A stretch of 60,105 bases of DNA, filler included. It is 7 parts of 7 records of this genome, joined end to end, with 100 filler letters (N's around TTAATTAATTAA, not from the genome) between each part and the next. Parts side by side here need not be neighbours in the genome. Positions count along the whole stretch, not along the records: positions 26,450 to 32,489 come from SRR31156797_14662; positions 32,590 to 40,336 come from SRR31156797_14670; 5 more parts are not named here. One strand, written 5' to 3'. The translations under genes and the position numbers were made by a program. The notes under the pieces are model-generated. The model was given only the letters and a program-made list of their open reading frames with translations, was not told the origin of the DNA and ran no database searches. Below are positions 28,025 to 36,391 of this stretch, piece after piece; position 1 is the stretch's first letter; every line of letters starts with the position of its first letter.

Positions 28025-29408
28025 AATCCTTATTATAGATGATGACCAAGTTCTGTGCAAAATGCTTGGTGACTTACTGGTCGGGGAGGGGCATAAACCT
28101 GAGGTGGCCAACAATCTTGCAGATGGTTTGAAGCTCCTCCAAAACCATTCTTTTGATGTTGTTTTACTTGATGTGCAACTACCCGATGGAAACGGGCTTG
28201 AGTTTTTACCTCAACTTGCTGGTTCAATTTCAGAACCAGAAATAATAATAATCACAGGTCAGGGAGAGCCTGATGGTGCTGAAAAAGCAATCGTTAGCGG
28301 TGCATGGAGCTATATTGAAAAGCCCTTTGTGATTCGTGATTTACCTCTTCATCTGTCCCGGGCTCTCCAATACCGGCAAGAGAAGCTAAAGGCGAAGGTC
28401 AGGCAAGTTCCTGTCGCCCTTAAACGACAAGGAATTATTGGAAACAGCCCACCTCTGAACAGTTGTCTAGATCAACTGGCAAGTGCTGCAACCTGTGATG
28501 TGAGTGTGTTGATTACTGGTGAAACAGGTACCGGCAAGGAGCTTTTTGCAAGAGGAATCCATGAGAACAGTAAAAGAGCGGATAAGAATTTTGTCGTAGT
28601 CGATTGTGCAGCTCTTCCTGAAACACTCATAGAAAGTACTCTTTTTGGACACGTGCGTGGAGCATTCACAGGCGCAGACAGAGCACAAGACGGTTTAGTA
28701 AAACATGCCGATAAAGGTACGCTGTTTCTAGATGAGGTTGGAGAGCTGCCTTTAACAATCCAAAAAAATTTTTTGAGAGTCTTGCAGGAGAGAGAATATT
28801 TACCTGTGGGTTCACAAAAAAGAGAATTAAGTGATTTTAGGTTAGTTACGGCAACCAACAGAAATTTAAAAAAGATGGTCACTAAAGGGACATTTCGGGA
28901 AGACTTACTCTTTCGACTCCAGGCTGTAAATATTCATTTACCACCTTTAAAAGAACGGCTGGAAGATGTAAGAGATCTGGTTATGTATTTTCTTGCAAAC
29001 CTTTGTGAACGATATGGTCGTCAGACAAAAGGACTGGCGCCTGATTTTGTGGAGACACTCATGGCCTATGAGTGGCCAGGGAATGTGCGAGAGCTTCACC
29101 AGACCATTGAGTCTGTGTTCTCAAATCCTCTCCTTGGCCCCACCTGTTTTTCAATGCATTTACCTCACCACTTCAGGGTGTTGAAGGCAAAAGCTGCCCT
29201 TAAAAACCCTTTGTCGCCTAAGAGTTCAAGTCCTGTTGAGGAATTGCCGCCCTGGCGAGCGTATAAAGATATTTTTGAAAAGAGCTATGTTGAACAATTG
29301 GCTGCTCAAGCACAAGGCAGTGTTAAAAAAGCATGTAAAATATCAGGTTTATCAAGAACAAGGCTTTATCAGCTTCTTGGGAAGTATGAGTTGCAGATAA
29401 AATCATAA
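28017..29408 (+). CDS. NtrC-family sigma54-dependent response regulator (REC-AAA+-HTH)
   Basis: ATG at 28017. GETGTGKE, intact GAFTGA, FLDEVGE, FREDL, WPGNVREL, Fis-type HTH (GLSRTRLY). Confidence 0.95.
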   Translation: MAEILIIDDDQVLCKMLGDLLVGEGHKPEVANNLADGLKLLQNHSFDVVLLDVQLPDGNGLEFLPQLAGSISEPEIIIITGQGEPDGAEKAIVSGAWSYIEKPFVIRDLPLHLSRALQYRQEKLKAKVRQVPVALKRQGIIGNSPPLNSCLDQLASAATCDVSVLITGETGTGKELFARGIHENSKRADKNFVVVDCAALPETLIESTLFGHVRGAFTGADRAQDGLVKHADKGTLFLDEVGELPLTIQKNFLRVLQEREYLPVGSQKRELSDFRLVTATNRNLKKMVTKGTFREDLLFRLQAVNIHLPPLKERLEDVRDLVMYFLANLCERYGRQTKGLAPDFVETLMAYEWPGNVRELHQTIESVFSNPLLGPTCFSMHLPHHFRVLKAKAALKNPLSPKSSSPVEELPPWRAYKDIFEKSYVEQLAAQAQGSVKKACKISGLSRTRLYQLLGKYELQIKS

Positions 29409-29455
29409 CCTTCTCTTCCTTGTTCTCCTCCTCTTACTTCTATATCAAAAAGTTT

Positions 29456-29500
29456 TGTCCACAAAAGTTTCACCTGTAAACTTTTGTGGACATTTTTTTT
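29456..29500 (+). terminator. 15-bp inverted repeat followed by T8: intrinsic terminator, also a candidate upstream activator site
   Basis: TGTCCACAAAAGTTT cacctgt AAACTTTTGTGGACA TTTTTTTT. Contains TGT-N12-ACA (TGTAAACTTTTGTGGACA). Confidence 0.7.
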
Positions 29501-29547
29501 GTGATGCTTTTTGATCCTTGGAATCTTCTTGGTCTGTATCATTCTAA

Positions 29548-29560
29548 AAACAATGATTTG
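29548..29560 (+). promoter_or_regulatory. Candidate IHF site between the putative enhancer and the sigma54 promoter
   Basis: AAACAAtgatTTG, one mismatch from WATCAANNNNTTR. Confidence 0.4.
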
Positions 29561-29587
29561 TTTGTTTACTTATAACTTTGAGAGCTC

Positions 29588-29603
29588 TGGCATCAATTAT
29601 GCT
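29588..29603 (+). promoter_or_regulatory. Sigma54 (-24/-12) promoter
   Basis: TGGCATCAATTATGCT fits GG-N10-GC. Lies just downstream of an NtrC-type gene and about 60 bp upstream of the next ORF. Confidence 0.8.
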
Positions 29604-29661
29604 TAGTGAATTCTGGTAATATAAATTCAGGCGAATGATACGCGGATAATTGAGAGCAAAG

Positions 29662-30081
29662 ATGAAAACCTTTTTTTACTCTGCAAGCAAAAATAACTGT
29701 TCTAACGTTTGTACGGCAAGTCGTTGCTCGTGCAGATGTATAGAGCGTTTAAATGACCTTGGAAATATAGGTGAGTTGACGATTCTTTCAGCGGGCTCGA
29801 ATCTTAATTGTAACGTAAGTATGCAACTTAGAAGCGGTGACCCAATCATTTTGTATGCATCTGATCTATATGGTCTTGATGAGCTCCTCTCGGTTAAAGA
29901 GATATTTGATCCGTTTAAAGTACTTCTTGTTTTAGGAAGTGACTATCTTTTATCCCATATAAACTATCATCTTCTAAAACCACGTTACACGACATTTTTA
30001 CAGGGGAATTTCGATGAACTTGGCGCGGTTTTATGGAAGATGAGTGAAAAATATTATAGCGCAAATCATAATAAAGCTTGA
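29662..30081 (+). CDS. Hypothetical protein, first gene of the sigma54-driven chemosensory operon
   Basis: ATG at 29662 after GAGAG (the track starts at TTG 29650). Cys-rich N-terminus; no recognised domain. Confidence 0.6.
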   Translation: MKTFFYSASKNNCSNVCTASRCSCRCIERLNDLGNIGELTILSAGSNLNCNVSMQLRSGDPIILYASDLYGLDELLSVKEIFDPFKVLLVLGSDYLLSHINYHLLKPRYTTFLQGNFDELGAVLWKMSEKYYSANHNKA

Positions 30082-30130
30082 GGTAGGAGTAACTCCAGAT
30101 AACCAAAGATAACTAAACAGGTAAAAGGCT

Positions 30131-31636
30131 ATGTCTCAGGAACAACTTTACGCATCTTTTCTACTTGATAAAGAGGAAGGATATGAAATCGCATTGCTGG
30201 CAGAGAGTGTAATTGAAGCAACAGCGGTGACTAGCTCTATCCGAAAACTTCCGACCACAGTGGATTTTCTGGAGGGGATTATGCACCTTCGTGATGCAGC
30301 CATTCCAGTGATCAACTTGAAAAAAAGGCTGGGCTTGTCAGATACAGACTATGGCGAAGAAGCCAAGGTTGCCGTGGTCACCGGGCTAGATCAACGTTAT
30401 GGGCTTCTGTTTGATGATATCAGAGAAGTTTTCAAAGCCAATGATTCATCTGTTTATCCAATCTCTAACGGATTGCAGACAGAAGATAAGATTGTCACCT
30501 CTCTGATTCAGTTAGAACAGGGAAGCAGGACCATTGATCTTCTCGACCTTGATCATCTATTTGAGCTGGGTGATGAATACGATGGTCTGAAAAAAGAGTG
30601 GCAACAGGGACAGCCCCAAGATGATGTCGTTTACTCACGTTATATTATCTTCAGATGCAGTGGTCAGTCTTATGGAGTTCCAGTGGAGCTTGCCCAAGAG
30701 ATCACATTTGTCTCACAAGTTGATGACAGGTACAAGGAAGATTATATCGATGGATCTTTGTTGTTGAGAGGCACGTCTATTCCGGTTATTGGAGCCAATT
30801 ACCTTTTAACAGGTTGTTATGAGGAGTTGCATAAGGCCACGGAAGATTACCGGGTACTGGTTGTAACCCTTGATGGCTGTTTCTTTGGATTGATTGTAGA
30901 AGAAGTTCAAGAAATTATAAATATTCCTGATGACGGGGTCCTCCCGATACCAATGAAAAATGAGAATATCATTGGGGTTTATGAGCGTGAGTTGGGAGAC
31001 AATATAGTCTTGCTCAATATTGAGAATGTAACTTCAGATCACATTGAGCAATTCAAGGCAAAATGCATACTCAAAAAAGATGTGGATCCTGATGATAGCG
31101 AAAATGCCAACCCAGATGAGATGCATCATCTCATTACAGAAAATGGGTATCTGGTATTTTCCATCGGAAAACACTATGGCATGGAAATCAAGGATGTGCA
31201 GGAAATTCTTGATAGTCAACATGTGTTGAAAACACCTGGCGAAGATGGAGCTCAAACAGGAGTTGTCAATCTTCGTGGTGATGTGATTCCAGTTATCTGC
31301 CTGAGAAAATTCCTGGGTTATCCAGATAGGCAATTTGATAGTGAGCCCTGCAAACATATTATCTGTAGTGCATATGATGCAAAAATTGCTCTTGAGGTCG
31401 ATTCCATCGTTACAATATACAAGCAAGAGCAATTCTACCATACACCATCGCTTGATCCAAAGTTGGCTGATAAAAAAGATGTCTTAGATAGATTGATAGA
31501 ATTTGTGTGTGATGATGGTCTCCGGGAACACGTTCTTATTCTAAATATAGAAAACCTGTTAAAAAACCACTTCTCTTTTAATGGTGCTGGAGAAGTAGGA
31601 GAAGATATTAGCGAATTGAGTGAATCTAATTCATAA
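30131..31636 (+). CDS. cheW: Triple-domain CheW chemosensory adaptor
   Basis: Three CheW repeats: GIMHLRDAAIPVINL, GSLLLRGTSIPVI, GVVNLRGDVIPVICL. Confidence 0.88.
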   Translation: MSQEQLYASFLLDKEEGYEIALLAESVIEATAVTSSIRKLPTTVDFLEGIMHLRDAAIPVINLKKRLGLSDTDYGEEAKVAVVTGLDQRYGLLFDDIREVFKANDSSVYPISNGLQTEDKIVTSLIQLEQGSRTIDLLDLDHLFELGDEYDGLKKEWQQGQPQDDVVYSRYIIFRCSGQSYGVPVELAQEITFVSQVDDRYKEDYIDGSLLLRGTSIPVIGANYLLTGCYEELHKATEDYRVLVVTLDGCFFGLIVEEVQEIINIPDDGVLPIPMKNENIIGVYERELGDNIVLLNIENVTSDHIEQFKAKCILKKDVDPDDSENANPDEMHHLITENGYLVFSIGKHYGMEIKDVQEILDSQHVLKTPGEDGAQTGVVNLRGDVIPVICLRKFLGYPDRQFDSEPCKHIICSAYDAKIALEVDSIVTIYKQEQFYHTPSLDPKLADKKDVLDRLIEFVCDDGLREHVLILNIENLLKNHFSFNGAGEVGEDISELSESNS

Positions 31637-31666
31637 TTCAATGAAATAAAGAGTTTGGAGGATCAA

Positions 31667-32489
31667 ATGGAAGTAGAAACAAATGCAGGTAGTAATGGGA
31701 AGTCATGTTTTGAGTTGCTCATGGAGCCTAGTTTCTCAGTGAATAGTGAGAAAACTATTACCTGGGCCAATGAAATGTTTTTGAAAACCTTCGATCTGGA
31801 AAGAACAGCCGTTATCAATAAGATGGCTTGTGAAGAAGTTTGCCCAACGCATGTTTGTGGCACAAAAGACTGTCCTGTTGAAAGGGCTGGACGCTTGAAT
31901 AAGATGTCCGAATCCGAGGTGATGTGGCAAAAAGATGACACCTACAGGTTTTTCAGGTCAAAGGCAATACCAACAAACGGTAAAGGAAGTGACGTTCTGG
32001 TAAGTATGACGGAAATCACTGAGCTTAAAAACACCCAGGCTGATCTTCGTCAAATGTCAACCGACTTAAATGTTATCCCAACGCCAATCATGGAAATTGA
32101 CACCATGTTTGGAATCACTTTTATTAACCCAGCAGGTGCAGGGGTTGCTGGTCTTACCCCAGAAGAGGTGATTGGTAAAAAATGTTACGACCTTTTCAAA
32201 ACCCCACACTGTAAAACAGAGAAATGTGCATGTGCACGAGCAATGAAGACCGATTCTGTTGTTACAGAGACTACAATAGCAAGGCCTGCTGACGGTGTAA
32301 TCATCCCAATTAAATATACCGGCGCTCCTATAAAGGATGCCAAGGGTAATATTAAGGGTGCTTTGGAATATATTCTGGATATAACACAAGAGTCCAAACA
32401 AAAGCAGGCTGCTGATGAGAAGATAGAAAATTTAAACACAATTCCAACTCCTATCATGGCTATTGATACTGATTTCAGTGTCACTTTTA
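31667..32489 (+). CDS. Multi-PAS cytoplasmic sensor (probable soluble MCP), 3' truncated
   Basis: ATG at 31667 after GGAGG. Tandem PAS repeats (IPTPIM.ID..F.ITFIN...) with Cys-rich motifs; follows cheW. The MCP signalling domain is not in the window. Confidence 0.75.
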
Positions 32490-32589
32490 NNNNNNNNNNN
32501 NNNNNNNNNNNNNNNNNNNNNNNNNNNNNNNNNTTAATTAATTAANNNNNNNNNNNNNNNNNNNNNNNNNNNNNNNNNNNNNNNNNNNN
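32490..32589. other. Artificial contig spacer
   Basis: N44-TTAATTAATTAA-N44. Confidence 0.98.
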
Positions 32590-32894
32590 AAAAAATACTC
32601 TATGTATTTTTTAAAGTTAAAAAAATTAATTTAACTTTGGCCTTAAAAAATAAATATCTTCATTGAGCTCAATAATATATTACTATAAATTAAAATGATT
32701 TTTTTATCATTTTTTGCTATTCTTAAATTTTTCTATCTTTAATAATGATCTGTGTAAATATTAGCATTAATTTATTTAGAAGCTAATTTATGTCTAAAGA
32801 CCCCTACAGTTGGGACGTATTGATATCCGTCCTGATATTTTTTATATAATTTTCGTGCGATTATTTTTACAGTTCATTATAATTTATACATATT

Positions 32895-32921
32895 AAAAGC
32901 TGCCTAAAAAATCAGGCAGCT
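32895..32921 (-). terminator. Intrinsic terminator of the OMP gene
   Basis: AGCTGCCT aaaaaatc AGGCAGCT with an adjacent A-tract. Confidence 0.8.
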
Positions 32922-32955
32922 ATATGTAATACTTATATTTTGTTAATTTAAGCTC

Positions 32956-34140
32956 TTACCATAAAAATACTGTAATACCTAATGAAGCTACTGGTATAGG
33001 TGCAAAGCCAAATATATCCTGAATAGCACCAAGTCCGCTATCTTCAACTATTGTATCAATTTCATCCTCTATTTCAGTCATGTAATCATCCGGATTTGGT
33101 AATGAAGAAAAGGCTCCATCATCGTCTCCAGCTTTCGCAATACTCTTTTCAACATCAAAATCATCTAAGACACCTTGTTCATCAAGATAGTCATATAACT
33201 CAAATGGATCTCCGGAGTTAACTATATCTTGCGTTCCCGATCCCTGAAGAATGCTTATTACATTATCAATTTCACCTTGATTTAAGCCATTTGCAACTAA
33301 CTGATCATAATACTCATTTCCGGTTCCCGATTGTAAACCGCTAATGACATTATCAACATATGCATCTAATGCTTCCGGTTTCATTGTTATATCATAATCT
33401 ATCAAATCTGAACCTTTGATCTTCTGAATAAACTGCACTCCAATAGTGAAATCAAGTGCAAATTTGTCTTCAATATCATAACCCCAACCTAAACCTACAT
33501 ATGGTAGATTATCTCCCGTATCAATTACTATAGTTCCTTCTAAATTTGAAGTAGTCTCCGGGTCATCCTCATCTAGTTGGACATTCTCACCAAATACATC
33601 AATCTCAAGATCACTTAGATTTTTAACATACCCTGCTGACATTCTGAATCCTCCACCAAAAGGATGCCAGTGAGCCAAGGCTTTTAGAGATGAAATTGTA
33701 AAACTTCCATCAGCCGTAATATTTTCATCCTTATCACCCAGGTCGTTAAACGTCTCTTCATACATCATGTAATTATACTCTAATGATGTACTGAAATATT
33801 TGTTAAATTTATATATACCTTTTAACTCATAACCACCAGTTCCAAATCCTAAACCAAACCCTAGTTTACTACTTATATGATCTTTATAGAACGAGCTCTC
33901 TTTTCTTTCAACATTCATACTGCCTGAACTAATATCAGTTGTTTTATTACTCTCATCAAGCATTACTTTTGATTCCTTTGCCATCTTCGCTTCCTCTGAC
34001 ATCTCCTCAGCTTGCTGATCTAATTCCGCTTCAACAGATTCCATTGTTTCACCTGTTTCTGTAGCAGGTTGTGCCTCTTCGGCTAATATTCCCTGAGTTA
34101 ATAAAAAAGTTAGCAATAATACAGATAATATCTTTTTCAT
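32956..34140 (-). CDS. Outer-membrane beta-barrel protein, CarO-like, with acidic N-terminal extension and large loop insertion
   Basis: Signal peptide, amphipathic strands, WHPFGGGFRMSAG and PYVGLGWG motifs, C-terminal beta-signal ending in an aromatic residue (LGITVFLW). GGAGG RBS. Confidence 0.7.
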   Translation of the reverse strand: MKKILSVLLLTFLLTQGILAEEAQPATETGETMESVEAELDQQAEEMSEEAKMAKESKVMLDESNKTTDISSGSMNVERKESSFYKDHISSKLGFGLGFGTGGYELKGIYKFNKYFSTSLEYNYMMYEETFNDLGDKDENITADGSFTISSLKALAHWHPFGGGFRMSAGYVKNLSDLEIDVFGENVQLDEDDPETTSNLEGTIVIDTGDNLPYVGLGWGYDIEDKFALDFTIGVQFIQKIKGSDLIDYDITMKPEALDAYVDNVISGLQSGTGNEYYDQLVANGLNQGEIDNVISILQGSGTQDIVNSGDPFELYDYLDEQGVLDDFDVEKSIAKAGDDDGAFSSLPNPDDYMTEIEDEIDTIVEDSGLGAIQDIFGFAPIPVASLGITVFLW

Positions 34141-34267
34141 TGTATCCCTCCTTTTTATCTCAAAATCACAATTGTTATTATTTTACTTCATAAAGTTGAC
34201 AAAAGCAATCTTTTTTACAGTTTCCGAATTGTATTTCGTTAATCGAACTTCTATTTGGCTTAGAAAT

Positions 34268-34292
34268 AAAAAAGAGAGTATCAACTACTCTC
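34268..34292 (-). terminator. Intrinsic terminator after the Crp/Fnr gene
   Basis: AAAAAA GAGAGTA tcaac TACTCTC. Confidence 0.7.
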
Positions 34293-34298
34293 GAATTT

Positions 34299-35021
34299 TT
34301 ACTTATCTCTATAATATTTTAACAGTTCTTCTCTTCTTACTACTAGTTTCTTGCCTTCTTCCCATTTTATCAGATCTAGATTTTGAAGTTTCTTCATCTC
34401 CCTAGATACAGTCTCTCTTGTTGAACCAAGCATATCAGCTAAATAAGTTACTGTAATTTTTACATTCAATCTAGTCCAGTCGCTGCAATTTTTATCTTCC
34501 ACTCGTTTATCACAATATCCGTCACAGCAATTACTTCCATAATCTTTAGACAGTTTCCATAATTTTGCAGCAATCTTTTTATCAACACCAATTGGAATTG
34601 TATTCTTCATTTGTCTATAGAGTCTTCTAATCTTTCTTCCCATTGAGTTAATAATATTTTGAGTTAACTGAAAATCTGACTGCATCACCTCTGTGAGCAT
34701 ATCTTTATCACAATGTAATATTATACTCTTTTCAAATGCTTCGCAACTAATAGAAGCCGGTAAGTTATCAAATATCACTTCGTTTATCACTTCACCTGCT
34801 CCAAGTAAATAAACTACTCGTCGTTGTCCATTTTGGCTGATTCTGAATAAACTCATTTTTCCACTATAAACTATAAATATTCGGTTGATAATATCCTTCT
34901 CAAAAAAAAGCATTTCTTTTTTACTTAGCTCTTTTTTCTCTATGATTGCATTTAATTTCACAATCGTCGAATCAGAAATGTCAGAGAATATACCCACTTC
35001 TCTCAAATTTATATTTTTCAT
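34299..35021 (-). CDS. Crp/Fnr-family transcriptional regulator with Cys-rich insertion
   Basis: cNMP-binding-like N-domain (LFFEKD...IVYSG...GEVINE) and HTH (LADMLGSTRETVSREMKKL). Insertion CCDGYCDKRVEDKNC sits before the HTH. Confidence 0.92.
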   Translation of the reverse strand: MKNINLREVGIFSDISDSTIVKLNAIIEKKELSKKEMLFFEKDIINRIFIVYSGKMSLFRISQNGQRRVVYLLGAGEVINEVIFDNLPASISCEAFEKSIILHCDKDMLTEVMQSDFQLTQNIINSMGRKIRRLYRQMKNTIPIGVDKKIAAKLWKLSKDYGSNCCDGYCDKRVEDKNCSDWTRLNVKITVTYLADMLGSTRETVSREMKKLQNLDLIKWEEGKKLVVRREELLKYYRDK

Positions 35022-35115
35022 CTACATACACACCCTAAAATAATAATATTTTAAGTATAACATGTTTTTGGAATATATTTAAGAGCATTTGTTACTTTAT
35101 ATAGATTTTAAAAAT

Positions 35116-35139
35116 AAAAAGAGCAGAAAAAATCTGCTC
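35116..35139 (-). terminator. Intrinsic terminator after flavodoxin
   Basis: AAAAA GAGCAGA aaaaa TCTGCTC. Confidence 0.75.
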
Positions 35140-35144
35140 CAATT

Positions 35145-35642
35145 TTAAAGTTCTGTTTTAATTTCATCTACCCAGTCTTGTATTCTATCCAGACTAACTT
35201 CAGCTTGATTAATATCATCAATTACCAATCCAACAAATAGACCTTCATCTGTTGCAGTTGTTTCTTCAAAATGATAACCTATTGTTTTTGTTTTCCCTAA
35301 AAACTTTACATTTTTTTCTCTTAATAATTGATATAGTGTTCCCATTCCATTTGCAAATGACTCATGAAAAAGTACCTGATCACCTGTTGCAAATAAAGCA
35401 ATTGTTTTTCCTGAAAGATCAATATTTATTAACTCTTCTCTAACTTCATGCCAAGCTTCAGGTAAATCACCCACCCCGTAAGTTGGTGTCCCTATAATTA
35501 AATTATCATATTCTGACATAGCTCCAATTCCATCGGCTACATTATATACGTCTACTCCATTATCAAATGCATACTGTATATCATAAGCTACATTTTCTGT
35601 AACTCCGTTTTTTGATGCAAAAAAAATTGCTGTTTTTTTCAT
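35145..35642 (-). CDS. fldA: Long-chain flavodoxin
   Basis: FASKNGVTE phosphate loop, GTPTYGVG, ALFATGDQ...F..GMG, FVGLVID..NQ...RI..W. GGAGG RBS. Confidence 0.9.
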   Translation of the reverse strand: MKKTAIFFASKNGVTENVAYDIQYAFDNGVDVYNVADGIGAMSEYDNLIIGTPTYGVGDLPEAWHEVREELINIDLSGKTIALFATGDQVLFHESFANGMGTLYQLLREKNVKFLGKTKTIGYHFEETTATDEGLFVGLVIDDINQAEVSLDRIQDWVDEIKTEL

Positions 35643-35780
35643 TGTGCCTCCTCTATATAAATTGATTAAAAAAGTTATGATAAAAATAGATTCATCGAAC
35701 GCTTTAACGATTAATTTGTTTTTATCATTATACTCAAATCACAATTTATAATTAATTATTTTATATTTTTTGAAACCCTA

Positions 35781-36047
35781 CTATTCAAAAGAATAATATT
35801 TTTTTATATCTTTATTAATTTTCCATACACATTTTAATCCTGCAGGAAATTTTACAAAATCACCTTTTTTTATTTCTACAGTTTCATAATCAGTTGTTAT
35901 GACAACCTCTCCTTCTATTATATAACAATATTCGGCAGAGTCATAAAACCAATCAAATTCAGAAACCTCTTTTTCCCATATCCCCCAATTAAAAACATTT
36001 CTATTTCTTAACTCTTTTTCAGTTAATTGCTGAATCTCTATTTTCAA
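35781..36047 (-). CDS. Cupin_3 (DUF861) family protein
   Basis: WGIWEKEVSEFDW.Y...EYCYIIEGEV...GDFVKFPAGL.C.W. TTG start after AGGAGG. Confidence 0.88.
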   Translation of the reverse strand: MKIEIQQLTEKELRNRNVFNWGIWEKEVSEFDWFYDSAEYCYIIEGEVVITTDYETVEIKKGDFVKFPAGLKCVWKINKDIKKYYSFE

Positions 36048-36391
36048 TTGAACCCCTCCTCTTAATTAACTATTCTAAAAATATAATTAACTTCATATTA
36101 TTTTACTCAAAAAACCACAGCATTTCAAGAATTTTATTCACTATTATACTGAAAAAACTCTTTTGATGATAAATAATTCCTATAAAATTAGCAAATTAAC
36201 ATAATTCTCTTTAAATATAGCAATAAATTCTGATAGTGATTAAAAAAAACTTCAAAAATAATTATTAACATTCCGGATTATTTTAGTGTATAATTATAAT
36301 ATGTAATATAGCGCAGTAATTCTTAAAAAGTGATATTCCCGATTTTTAATATTAATTATAAAATAATCAGTGTAAATGGTGGTGAATAATA

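Noticed and set aside
32490..32545. ORF extensions through N runs (e.g. 31655..32545, 39398..40384, 54139..54417, 54410..54652)
   Set aside because: Their ends are created by linker stop codons. The real genes are truncated at contig edges, and 54139..54417 is antisense to the RimK-like gene.
32790..32835. GC-rich patch GACCCCTACAGTTGGGACG...CGTCC in AT-rich DNA as a REP element or riboswitch
   Set aside because: Single copy, short stem only, no RAYT/TnpA gene nearby, and I could not match the conserved core of any riboswitch class.
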